A stretch of 64,000 bases of DNA, from positions 32,001 to 96,000 of the forward strand of contig JBFIML010000003.1 in assembly GCA_041611735.1 (NCBI GenBank), written 5' to 3'. Position numbers and translations under genes: made by a program. Positions 1 through 8,327 of this stretch are shown here, one piece after another. This DNA is from Myxococcota bacterium. Lineage in GTDB: Bacteria; Myxococcota_A; UBA9160; PR03. Numbering within the stretch: position 1 is the stretch's first letter; the number at the start of each line of letters is the position of its first letter. The notes beneath the pieces were generated by a model. It made no database searches and was not told the DNA's origin. It worked only from the letters and a program-made list of their open reading frames with translations.

Positions 1-1279
1 CGCCGGTCACGGTGACGGCCCACGCGTGGGCCAGGAAGGCGTCGAGGGCGTCGAAGCCCTCGCGCAGGGTCCCCTCCACGTGGTCCACGGTGTGGATGAG
101 CCGCGAGTAGATCTCGATCTGCCGGCGCCCGATCACGCGCACGGAGCCCGGCCGGCAGATGCGCGACTTGTCGTTGCGGTCCACGTCGGTGCACATGGTG
201 AGCTCGGACTCGTCCTTGCTCGACGTGAGCAGGTGCCGGATCTGCTCGGCATCGCCGATGGCGTCCGAGCCGCGCTCGATGGTGCCCGCAATGGGGCACG
301 TCTCGACGCGCTCTCCCTCCACGCGCACGTACATTTCGGGGGAGGCTCCCACCAGGTACTCGCCCTCTCCCAGGTTCATCAGGAAGCCGTAGGGCGAGGG
401 GTTGCGCTGGCGGAGGCGGCGGAACAGTCGCGAGGGCGGGTCCGGGCAGGGGCGCCGGAAGGTCTGGCTGAGCACCACCTCGAAGAGGTCGCCGCGCTGG
501 AAGGCCTCGCGTGCGGTGCGCACGGCGTCGGCGTACTCGCCCGGGGCGTGGTCACCGCCCTCGGGACCACGGCCCGGCACGGGCGCCGCTTCCTCGGGGC
601 CCTGGCGCGGCAGCCCCTGGGTCGAGGCTCCCTCCAGCTCGAACTCGTAGCGACGCCGCAGCGCCGTCTCCCGCTGGTGGTCCACCACCAGCAGCTCGTC
701 CGGCAGGTAGAGCACCAGGTCCCGCTGGTCCGAAGGACGCGGCAGCCGCTGCTGCACCGGCTCGAACTGGAAGGCCAGATCGTAGCCGAAGGCGCCGTAG
801 AGGCCGAGGTGCGGCTCCTGGTCCGAGGCGAACAGCTCGACCCAGGCTCGCAGCAGGGAGAAGACCGAGGGCTGCTTGCTGCGCTCCTCCTCCGGGAAGC
901 GGCCCGCCGGCTCCCGGATCGCTCCGCGCAGCTCCGTCTCGCCGCGCTCCAGCCGCGCCGTGGCCGGCAGCGCTTCGAAGGTCCGCTCCAGGGCGGGCAG
1001 CAGCACGCGGCCGCGGGCGTTGCGGGCCGTCACCCGGAAGTCGCGACCCCGCGCCACCAGGGCGAGGGGCGGGTCGCAGAAGCCCAGATCCCAGCGCGTG
1101 TAGCGGCCCGGGTACTCGAAGCTCGAGGCGAGCAGCACACCGGCTCGCCGGTCCAGGCGGTCGATCAGCGCCTCGACGGCGCGCACGCCGTCGACGGGCT
1201 CGACCTCCCGCCGCACGCGGATCCCGCCCCGGGTGACGCTCTCGTGCGCCGTCGCGGAGCCCGTCTGGGATCGAAGCAT
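1..1279 (-). CDS. trpE: Anthranilate synthase component I (TrpE/TrpEG type), 3' part outside the window
   Basis: Not in the ORF track. Manual minus-strand translation from ATG 1279 is in frame with KDESELTMCTDVDRNDKSRIC...IYSRLIHTVDHVEG...AWAVTVTG, typical chorismate-binding motifs. Confidence 0.92.
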   Translation of the reverse strand, partial: MLRSQTGSATAHESVTRGGIRVRREVEPVDGVRAVEALIDRLDRRAGVLLASSFEYPGRYTRWDLGFCDPPLALVARGRDFRVTARNARGRVLLPALERTFEALPATARLERGETELRGAIREPAGRFPEEERSKQPSVFSLLRAWVELFASDQEPHLGLYGAFGYDLAFQFEPVQQRLPRPSDQRDLVLYLPDELLVVDHQRETALRRRYEFELEGASTQGLPRQGPEEAAPVPGRGPEGGDHAPGEYADAVRTAREAFQRGDLFEVVLSQTFRRPCPDPPSRLFRRLRQRNPSPYGFLMNLGEGEYLVGASPEMYVRVEGERVETCPIAGTIERGSDAIGDAEQIRHLLTSSKDESELTMCTDVDRNDKSRICRPGSVRVIGRRQIEIYSRLIHTVDHVEGTLREGFDALDAFLAHAWAVTVTG

Positions 1280-1317
1280 GGGATCGTCCTCACCCGGCCG
1301 CCGGGGGCCCGAACGCA

Positions 1318-1353
1318 AGGGACCGCCGCCCCGGATCCGAAGCGGCGGTCCCT
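1318..1353 (-). terminator. Putative attenuator/terminator hairpin in the trpE leader
   Basis: Perfect 12-bp inverted repeat AGGGACCGCCGC...GCGGCGGTCCCT followed on the minus strand by a weak tail (TGCGTTC). A second hairpin at 1364-1386 is followed by TTCGGTTT. Confidence 0.65.
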
Positions 1354-1425
1354 GGAAACCGAAAGGCCGCCTCGGAGAGACGGCCTCGAAACCTCACGGA
1401 ACGCGAATGCCCGTGGCCGCCCCGA

Positions 1426-1497
1426 CTAGCGAGGCGTCCACCAGCCCCGGCCACGGCGGCCACGGCGGAAACCGGCATGCGCGAATCCGTCGACCAT
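1426..1497 (-). CDS. trpL: trp operon leader peptide, 23 aa, MVDGFAHAGFRRGRRGRGWWTPR
   Basis: ATG at 1497, tandem TGG TGG, TAG at 1428-1426; lies between a promoter-like site and the hairpins upstream of trpE. Confidence 0.8.
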   Translation of the reverse strand: MVDGFAHAGFRRGRRGRGWWTPR

Positions 1498-1505
1498 TGG
1501 CGCAA

Positions 1506-1534
1506 ACCGTGCCCGATCGGTTTCCCCGCGTCAA
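1506..1534 (-). promoter_or_regulatory. Putative sigma70 promoter for trpL-trpE
   Basis: TTGACG-N17-CACGGT, 8 nt before the leader ATG; the -10 box is weak. Confidence 0.5.
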
Positions 1535-1577
1535 GAGGGCCGGGAGGCCCGAGCCGGTCGGGCCTCCCGGTTCGGGT

Positions 1578-1781
1578 CTAGCGCTCCACCCGGAACGCGA
1601 ACTTCACGTTGGCGTGGTACTCGGTGATCTTGCTCTTCTCGACCTTGGCCGTCGTGTTCAGGACGTCCACCCCGGTGATGTTGCGAACAGTCTTGGAGGC
1701 CTCCTTGAGGGCGTTCTCCACGGCGTCGTGCCAGCTCTTGTTCGAGATTCCGACCAGCTCCAGTACCTTGATGGCAGGCAT
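1578..1781 (-). CDS. Dodecin family flavin-binding protein
   Basis: 67 aa, KVLELVGISNKSWHDAVENALKEASKT...ITEYHANVKFAF; GGAGG RBS. Confidence 0.9.
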   Translation of the reverse strand: MPAIKVLELVGISNKSWHDAVENALKEASKTVRNITGVDVLNTTAKVEKSKITEYHANVKFAFRVER

Positions 1782-1871
1782 GCATCCTCCTGTGGTGGTT
1801 GAGGGTGAGGGGATCTTCCCCCCGCCCGATCGCTCGGGCCGCAAGGAGAGACGCACCCAGCCGGCGAGGAT

Positions 1872-2885
1872 TCAACGGCTCGCGAGGAGCAGCTCGCCGA
1901 TCTGGATCGCGTTCAGGGCGGCGCCCTTGCCGAGCTGGTCGCCAACCGCCCAGAGGGCGAGCCCGCGCCCATCGGGCACCGAGACATCCGGGCGGATACG
2001 ACCCACCGAGATCTCGTCTCCCTCCGAGCACTCGAGGGGCGTCGGGTAGCGGTCCGCAGCGGCGTCGTCCTCCACGACGACACCGGGTGCTGCTTCGAGC
2101 ACGTCGATGGCGGCCTGCCGCGTGACCGGCCGCTCGAACTCCAGGTGGAGTGCCACGGCGTGGGAGCGCAGCACGGGCACGCGCACGCAGGTGGCGCTGG
2201 CTCGCAGGCTCTGGTGGTGCAGGATCTTGCAGCTCTCCCAGAGGAACTTCATCTCCTCCTTGGTGTAGAGGTTCTCCTGCACGGCGTCGATGCGCGGGAT
2301 CACGTTGAAGGCGATCTGCTTGGGCTGGTGCTTGACCTGGAGCGGCCGCCCGGCCACCCAGTCGCGCACCTGCTGCTCGAGCTCCGCCATGGCCTGGGCT
2401 CCGGCGCCGCTGATCGCCTGGTAGCTGCACATTACCGCCCGCCGCAGCCCGAAGGCCCGGTGCAACGGTCCCATGGCCATGAGCGCCACGATCGTGGTGC
2501 AGTTGGGGTTCGCCACGATACCCCGGTGGCGGAAGGCGTCGTCCGGGTTCAGCTCGGGGATGACGAGCGGGACGTCGGCGTCGTAACGGAAGGCGCTCGA
2601 GTTGTCGATCACCACGGCGCCGGCTTGCACCGCGTGGGGCGCGAACTCCTTGCTGGTCCCGCCGCCGGCGCTGAAGAAGGCCTGGTCCACGCCGGGGAAG
2701 GACGCGGCCGTGAGCTCCTCCACCTGGAGCTCGCGGCCCCGGAAGGCGATGCGCCGCCCGACGCTGCGGCGACTCGCCAGCAGGCGCAGCTCCCGGATCG
2801 GGTAGTCACGCAGCGCGAACAGGCGCAGCAACTCCGCGCCCACGGCTCCCGTGGCTCCGGCGACGGCCACATTGACGGGCTTCAT
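1872..2885 (-). CDS. asd: Aspartate-semialdehyde dehydrogenase
   Basis: GATGAVG, IDNSSAFR, ANPNCTT, YQAISGAG, TCVRVPVLRSH, GAALNAIQI. Confidence 0.95.
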   Translation of the reverse strand: MKPVNVAVAGATGAVGAELLRLFALRDYPIRELRLLASRRSVGRRIAFRGRELQVEELTAASFPGVDQAFFSAGGGTSKEFAPHAVQAGAVVIDNSSAFRYDADVPLVIPELNPDDAFRHRGIVANPNCTTIVALMAMGPLHRAFGLRRAVMCSYQAISGAGAQAMAELEQQVRDWVAGRPLQVKHQPKQIAFNVIPRIDAVQENLYTKEEMKFLWESCKILHHQSLRASATCVRVPVLRSHAVALHLEFERPVTRQAAIDVLEAAPGVVVEDDAAADRYPTPLECSEGDEISVGRIRPDVSVPDGRGLALWAVGDQLGKGAALNAIQIGELLLASR

Positions 2886-3012
2886 GAGCGCCGAAGGTAG
2901 CAGACCGGTCCGGTTGGCCGGGCGGTCGGCGGCGGCGGCGCTTGCGCAGCGGCGAGGCGGAGGGCCCTGCGGCCGTCTAGAATGGCGGTCGCACCCGCCG
3001 CCAGGGGGAGAC

Positions 3013-3951
3013 ATGCCCAGCAGCCCGGGTCAACCGGCCGATCCGGAGGCGGCGGACGTCTCCTTTCCCGGCGCCGGGACCCCCGATCGCTTCCGCTCCG
3101 TCGACTCCTTCGGCCTGCGCCTCGCCGTCTACGAGTGGGGTGACCCGGCGGCACCGGTCCTCCTGCTGGCCCACGGCGGCTTCGACTTCGCGCGCACCTT
3201 CGACGTCTTTGCGCCACTGCTGGCGGCGGGGGGCTGGCGGGTGGTCTCCTGGGACCACCGTGGCCACGGGGACTCGGCCCACGCGGCCCTCTACTCCTGG
3301 GAGGCCGATGTACGCGATGCGCTCCGGGTGCTGGACTCCACCACGCGCGAGCCGGCTGTCTTCGTGGGCCACTCGAAGGGGGGAGCCGTGCTGACCCAGC
3401 TCGCCTTGAGCTGCCCGCACCGGGCCACCCACCTCGTGAGCATCGACGGCATGCCGTCGCGCCGTCGCCACCCGGACGTGGCGGACCACGAGCGCACGCG
3501 GCTGCTGGCCGAGGACCTGGCGGGGTGGCTCGACCACCGCCGGCGGGCGGCGACCCTGGTGCGCAAGCCCGGCACCTTGGACGATCTGGCCAGGCGGCGC
3601 GGCCGGATGAATCCGCGCCTCTCGCACGCCTGGCTGCGGTATCTGGTCGGGGTCGGGGCCCGGCGCGACCCGGACGGCTGGCGCTGGAAGATCGATCCCT
3701 CGCTGCGCTTCGGGGGCTTCGGACCCTTCCGGCCCGAATGGCATCTGGAGCGCCTGCCCTCGCTCGCCATGCCGTTGCTCGGCCTGCTCGGGGCGGTCCA
3801 GGAGCCCATGGGTTGGGACACGACGCCGGGCGTCCTCAAGCCGTACCTGCCCCCCGAGTCGCGCATCGAGCTGTTCGGGGACACGGGGCACTTCATCCAC
3901 ATCGAGCGGCCCGACGCGGTGGCGAAGCTGGTCTTGGAGTTCGTGGCGTGA
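3013..3951 (+). CDS. Alpha/beta hydrolase
   Basis: HGG, DHRGHGDS, GHSKGG nucleophile elbow, TGHFIHIE; GGAG RBS. Confidence 0.88.
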   Translation: MPSSPGQPADPEAADVSFPGAGTPDRFRSVDSFGLRLAVYEWGDPAAPVLLLAHGGFDFARTFDVFAPLLAAGGWRVVSWDHRGHGDSAHAALYSWEADVRDALRVLDSTTREPAVFVGHSKGGAVLTQLALSCPHRATHLVSIDGMPSRRRHPDVADHERTRLLAEDLAGWLDHRRRAATLVRKPGTLDDLARRRGRMNPRLSHAWLRYLVGVGARRDPDGWRWKIDPSLRFGGFGPFRPEWHLERLPSLAMPLLGLLGAVQEPMGWDTTPGVLKPYLPPESRIELFGDTGHFIHIERPDAVAKLVLEFVA

Positions 3952-4610
3952 CCATCGAGCTGACCCACGCCCGCATGCGGCTCGTCCTGCACGCCCTGCG
4001 CCAGGAGGGAAGCGGAGGCGCGCTGCTCCTGCTGCACGGCCTCGGGGAGCGGGCGCCGGAGAGCCTGCCGGCTGGCCTGGCGGGCTGGCGGGGGCCCGTC
4101 TACGCCCTCGACTTCACGGGCCACGGGCGCTCGACGGTGCCGCAAGGCGGCGGCTACACGGCCGAGCTCCTGATGGGCGACGCCGATGCGGCCCTCGCCC
4201 ATCTCGGCCAGGCGACCGTCCTTGGGCGGGGTCTCGGCGCCTACGTGGCACTGCTGCTGGCCGGCGCGCGTCCGGACCGGGTGCGCGGCGCCATCCTGTG
4301 CGACGGTCCCGGCCTGGCGGGCGGAGGGCCGCGCCCGGGGAGCCCCCACGTGGCGCTCCCGCCAGCGGGGGTCGTGCCACCGGATCCCTTCGCGCTGCTG
4401 GAGCTGGCCCGGGACGTGCGTCCCCCCGACTACGCCACGAGCTTCGTGCGCCAGGCGAACCAGCTCTCGCGCCTGGCCCAGCCCATCTGCGTGTGTGCCG
4501 TCGAGCGTCCGGATTGGCTCCGTGCCGTGGCCGAGGAGCCCGGAGTCGAACGGGCGCGGCTGCCCGAGGCGCTCGTTCTCTACGGCGGGGAGCTCTTGAC
4601 TGATTGTTGA
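3948..4610 (+). CDS. Alpha/beta hydrolase-fold protein lacking the catalytic Ser
   Basis: LLLLHGLG, LDFTGHGRS, GRGLG at the elbow; GTGA overlap with the upstream stop. Confidence 0.8.
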   Translation: MTIELTHARMRLVLHALRQEGSGGALLLLHGLGERAPESLPAGLAGWRGPVYALDFTGHGRSTVPQGGGYTAELLMGDADAALAHLGQATVLGRGLGAYVALLLAGARPDRVRGAILCDGPGLAGGGPRPGSPHVALPPAGVVPPDPFALLELARDVRPPDYATSFVRQANQLSRLAQPICVCAVERPDWLRAVAEEPGVERARLPEALVLYGGELLTDC

Positions 4611-4669
4611 CTTTTCGAGAACCCGGGACGCGGGGGGCCTGAAAGATCAATCCGTCAAGAGCGTCCGCG
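4586..4669. repeat. Palindromic dispersed repeat, copy A
   Basis: CGGGGAGCTCTTGACTGATTG...CAATCCGTCAAGAGCGTCCGCG imperfect inverted repeat, similar to 5231-5313 and 47151-47187. Confidence 0.8.
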
Positions 4670-4692
4670 ACGGACCTCACCATGCCCAGCTC

Positions 4693-5253
4693 ATGCCCAG
4701 CTACGAGGACGAGCTCTCCCTGCGCGACGCGCGGGAGCGCTACTTCCGGGCCAACGACTTCGATGCGGGGGGCTACACGGCGCGCTGGGTCAAGCTCCAG
4801 GCGGGACCGCTCCCGCTCCGCTTCCCGAATCGACCGGGACGCGTGCGCGCCGTGAAGCTGCACGACCTGCACCACGTGGCCACGGGCTACGACACGAGCT
4901 GGACCGGCGAGGCGGAGATCGGCGCCTGGGAGATCGCGGCCGGCTGCGCCGACCACTGGTGGGCGTGGTGGCTCAACCTCGGCGCCTTTGCCGTGGGCCT
5001 CGTCATCGCGCCGCGGCGCACTTTCCGGGCCTTCGTGCGCGGCCGCCACGGCACGAGCCTGTACCGAGCCGAAGGCGAGTTTCGGGACGAGCTGCTGGAC
5101 TGGACCGTGGGGGAACTGCGTCAACGACTGGCGCTGCAGGGGCCTGCCCCGCGCGCCACGCCGGCGGACCGGGCCCGCTTCGCGCTCTGGGTCGCCATCA
5201 CCGCCCTCTGCGCCTTCGGCCTCGTCTGGGCGGGGACGTTCTTGATCGATTGA
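4693..5253 (+). CDS. Hypothetical protein with a Coq4-like HDxxH-x11-E motif
   Basis: HDLHH-VATGYDTSWTG-E; hydrophobic segments including a C-terminal one. Confidence 0.7.
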   Translation: MPSYEDELSLRDARERYFRANDFDAGGYTARWVKLQAGPLPLRFPNRPGRVRAVKLHDLHHVATGYDTSWTGEAEIGAWEIAAGCADHWWAWWLNLGAFAVGLVIAPRRTFRAFVRGRHGTSLYRAEGEFRDELLDWTVGELRQRLALQGPAPRATPADRARFALWVAITALCAFGLVWAGTFLID

Positions 5254-5313
5254 CTTCTCGAGACACAGCGACTCTGGGGAGCCCGAAAGGTCGATCAGCC
5301 AGGAACGTCCCCG
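5231..5313. repeat. Palindromic dispersed repeat, copy B
   Basis: CGGGGACGTTCTTGATCGATTGAC...GTCGATCAGCCAGGAACGTCCCCG. Confidence 0.85.
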
Positions 5314-6455
5314 AGTCCGAGGCGGCGGGCGATGATGACCTTCATGATCTCGTTGGTGCCGGCGTAGATCGACTGCACGGCGGCGTCCGCGTAGTCCAGG
5401 GCGATCGGGTACTCGAGCATGAAGCCGTACCCACCGTGGAGCTGCAGGCAGTCGCCGGTCAGGCGCTTCTGCAGGTCCGTCGTCCACCACTTGGCCATGC
5501 TCACTTCGGTCACCACGTTCTCGCCCCGCACGTGCGCGACGAGCAATCGGTCCACGAACGCCTGGCCGATCTCCACTTCGGTGGCGAGCTCGGCGAGCTT
5601 GAACTGCGTATTCTGGAAGGAGCCGATCGGACGGCCAAAGGCGTGCCGTTCGCGCACGTACTGCAGCGTGTCCTCCAGCGCACGCCGGCACGACGCCACC
5701 GACGCCACCGCGATGCAGAGGCGCTCCTGCTGAAGCTGCTCCATCAGCATGTAGAAGCCGCGGCCCTCGACGCCGAGCAGGTTCTGCGCCGGGATGCGGC
5801 AATCCTGGAAGAAGAGCTCGCTCGTATCCTGCCCGCGCAGGCCGAGCTTGTCGAGCTTGCGACCACGCACGAAGCCGGGGCTCTCGGCCTCCACCAGCAG
5901 GAGGCTGATCCCCGCGTGGGGCGGGTCCGCCTCGGGATCGGTCTTCGCCACGACGATGAAGAGATCGCCGATCTGGCCGTTCGAGATGAAGGTCTTGGAG
6001 CCGTTCAGGAGCCACGAATCGCCCTCGCGTACCGCGCGGGTCTGCACGTTGGCCAGGTCCGAGCCGGTGCCCGGCTCGGTCATGGCGATGCCGAGCAGCA
6101 CCTCGCCTGCGATCGCCCCGGGCAGGAAGCGGCGCTTCTGCTGCTCGGTTCCGTAGTGGACGAGATAGGGCATGCAGATGTCCGAGTGCAGGGACATCAT
6201 CAGCCCGTGGGCGCGCACACGCGCCATCTCCTCGATCACGATGGCGTCGTAGAGGAAGTCGCCCCCGGCGCCTCCGTACTCCTCGGGCGCGCAGGCCCCG
6301 AGGAAGCCCGCCTCTCCCATGCGACGCCAGGTCGCCCGGTCGCTGGCTCCCTTCGCGTTCCACTCCGCGACCCTGGCTTCGATCTCCTTGGCCGCGAAGC
6401 GCCGGAACTGCTCCCTGAAGAGCTCGTGCTCGGGCGTGAAGATCTCGCGTCGCAT
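5295..6455 (-). CDS. Acyl-CoA dehydrogenase (long-chain-like)
   Basis: IAMTEPGTGSDL, LNGSKTFISNG, KLGLRGQDTSELFF, QLHGGYGFMLEY, IYAGTNEIMK. Confidence 0.95.
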   Translation of the reverse strand: MRREIFTPEHELFREQFRRFAAKEIEARVAEWNAKGASDRATWRRMGEAGFLGACAPEEYGGAGGDFLYDAIVIEEMARVRAHGLMMSLHSDICMPYLVHYGTEQQKRRFLPGAIAGEVLLGIAMTEPGTGSDLANVQTRAVREGDSWLLNGSKTFISNGQIGDLFIVVAKTDPEADPPHAGISLLLVEAESPGFVRGRKLDKLGLRGQDTSELFFQDCRIPAQNLLGVEGRGFYMLMEQLQQERLCIAVASVASCRRALEDTLQYVRERHAFGRPIGSFQNTQFKLAELATEVEIGQAFVDRLLVAHVRGENVVTEVSMAKWWTTDLQKRLTGDCLQLHGGYGFMLEYPIALDYADAAVQSIYAGTNEIMKVIIARRLGLGDVPG

Positions 6456-6520
6456 GAACCCTCCCCGCCGGGTCGTCGGCTGCGTTAGCATGCCGGGCCA
6501 GCCAGGAAGAGAGGGTAGCG

Positions 6521-7387
6521 ATGCTGACGGGAGTCGACCGGATCCTGGTCGTGTCCCGAGACCGGCGCCGGGCCATCGCCGCCTGGCGACGCCTGCTCGG
6601 TGCCGAGCTGGTCCGCGAGGACGCCGTGCCGGCGCTCGGGGCGAACCGCAGCGTGCTGCGGGTGGGAAGCAGCGAGGTGGAGGTCCTGGAGATGGCCGGG
6701 ATCGGGGCGGTGGCCAACCACCTGGCGCGTTCCCGGCCCGGGGTGTTCGCGTTGGGCGTGACCGCCCTCGATCCGAAGGCCGTGCAGCGACGACTCGACG
6801 CCCTCGGCATCCACCACCTCGTCGTGGGCGAACAGATCTTCGTCCACCACGACTGGCTGGACGTGCCGGGCCTGCACCTGGTGGTCTCGCCCGCAGCGGA
6901 GCGGGAGCCGGCGGGGCTCCTGACCCACCTCTACGAGGTGACTCACCTGTGCCACGACTTCACCGCAGCGGCGGCGCGCCTGGCGCGGGTCTTCGAGCTC
7001 GAGTCCCGCCACTTCGTGCCGATCCGCTCCGAGCGTTACGGCTACGAGGGCAGGCTCACCCTGTTCGACCCGGACCGCCTGGACCGGGTCGAGACGGTCA
7101 CGCCCTTCGACCCAGGCCGGACGATGGGCCGTTTCTTCGCGCGGCGCGGACCGTGCCTCTACATGGCCTACGGCGAGTCGGACCGCAGCGCGGAGATCCG
7201 GGGGCGCCTCAACGAGCACGCACCCCGGGACTGGACCGGACCGGCGGAGGGCGAGGCGGCGGACAACCTGTTCCTGCACCCCCGGGCCCTGGACGGCGTC
7301 CTGATCGGCGTGAGCCGCACCTCCTTCGCCTGGACCTGGTCGGGCCGCCCGGAGCGGGTGCGCCCCGCCGCCGGAGCGGCGGCGTGA
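6521..7387 (+). CDS. VOC/glyoxalase-family protein (tandem domains)
   Basis: Repeated VOC-like units; LFLHPRALDGVLI. Confidence 0.7.
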   Translation: MLTGVDRILVVSRDRRRAIAAWRRLLGAELVREDAVPALGANRSVLRVGSSEVEVLEMAGIGAVANHLARSRPGVFALGVTALDPKAVQRRLDALGIHHLVVGEQIFVHHDWLDVPGLHLVVSPAAEREPAGLLTHLYEVTHLCHDFTAAAARLARVFELESRHFVPIRSERYGYEGRLTLFDPDRLDRVETVTPFDPGRTMGRFFARRGPCLYMAYGESDRSAEIRGRLNEHAPRDWTGPAEGEAADNLFLHPRALDGVLIGVSRTSFAWTWSGRPERVRPAAGAAA

Positions 7388-8181
7388 GGGCGCCTTGGGG
7401 CGGAGTCGGCCTGGCGCTCCTGATGCTGGCGGGCGCCGCACCGGCGTGCGCCGACTCCGGCCCCGGACGGAAGCCGGTCCGCTTCGCCGTTCAGTTCGAG
7501 ACGGAGGACGGCTTCACCCTGCACGGGGACCTGACCTCCGCCGCGGACGTGAACGCGCCCGTGGCGATCCTGCTGCACATGTACCGCTCGAATCGGCGCG
7601 CCTTCGACCCATTGGTGCCCGCCCTCGTGGAGGCGGGCCTGACGGTGCTCGCCCTCGATCAGCGCGCCCACGGCGAGTCCACCCGCCAGGACGGCCGCAC
7701 GCTGCGCGTGGACGATCTCTCGCGGGAGCGCTTCGCAGAGCTCGTGCGCACCGGCCCGCGGGACGTGGCGGCAGCCCGCCGCTACCTGGCCGAGCGCGGC
7801 TTCGCCACGGATCGGATCTTCCTGGTCGGCGCCTCCTACGGCTGTACGGTGGCGCTGCTCGCCGCCCGACGCCTGGAGGGCGTGGGGGGGCTGGTGCTGC
7901 TCTCGCCCGGCACGGCCTACTTCGACGTGGACGTGACGGACGTGGCGGCGGGTGCCGGCCCGCTGCTCGCCGTGGCGGCGGAGGACGACCCGAGCTCCGC
8001 CGAGAGTGCGCGCCGTCTCGTGGAGACCCACGCGGGCCCCGAGGAGCTCCTGGTGTTCCCGAGCGGCGGCCACGGCACGAACCTCTTCGGGTCTCGGCCA
8101 GAGCTCCCGCAGCGGATCGTCGCGTTCGTGCGGAAGGCACTCGCCGCTGGGGGCCCGCCCGCCGGGTCAGCGACTCCCTAG
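7384..8181 (+). CDS. Secreted alpha/beta hydrolase
   Basis: Signal-like N-terminus, LDQRAHGES, GASYG, AEDD, GGHGT; GTGA coupling. Confidence 0.8.
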   Translation: MRAPWGGVGLALLMLAGAAPACADSGPGRKPVRFAVQFETEDGFTLHGDLTSAADVNAPVAILLHMYRSNRRAFDPLVPALVEAGLTVLALDQRAHGESTRQDGRTLRVDDLSRERFAELVRTGPRDVAAARRYLAERGFATDRIFLVGASYGCTVALLAARRLEGVGGLVLLSPGTAYFDVDVTDVAAGAGPLLAVAAEDDPSSAESARRLVETHAGPEELLVFPSGGHGTNLFGSRPELPQRIVAFVRKALAAGGPPAGSATP

Positions 8182-8327
8182 TGAGCGCCCTGCCCCACCG
8201 ATCTCGCAGCCGATCTACTGGCCGCGTTGCACTGCCCCGAATCATTCATGGATCGTCCTTCGGTCGTGCGCCTTGCCGGTGGCGCGTCTCGACTCCGATA
8301 TAGGCACCCGATTTCCGGGACGGCACC

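Noticed and set aside
26-1429. 467-aa plus-strand ORF
   Set aside because: Antisense shadow of trpE, whose motifs are on the minus strand.
4586-5313. Integron attC cassette or CRISPR reading of the paired repeats
   Set aside because: No RYYYAAC/GTTRRRY ends, no integrase or cas genes, no regular repeat-spacer periodicity.
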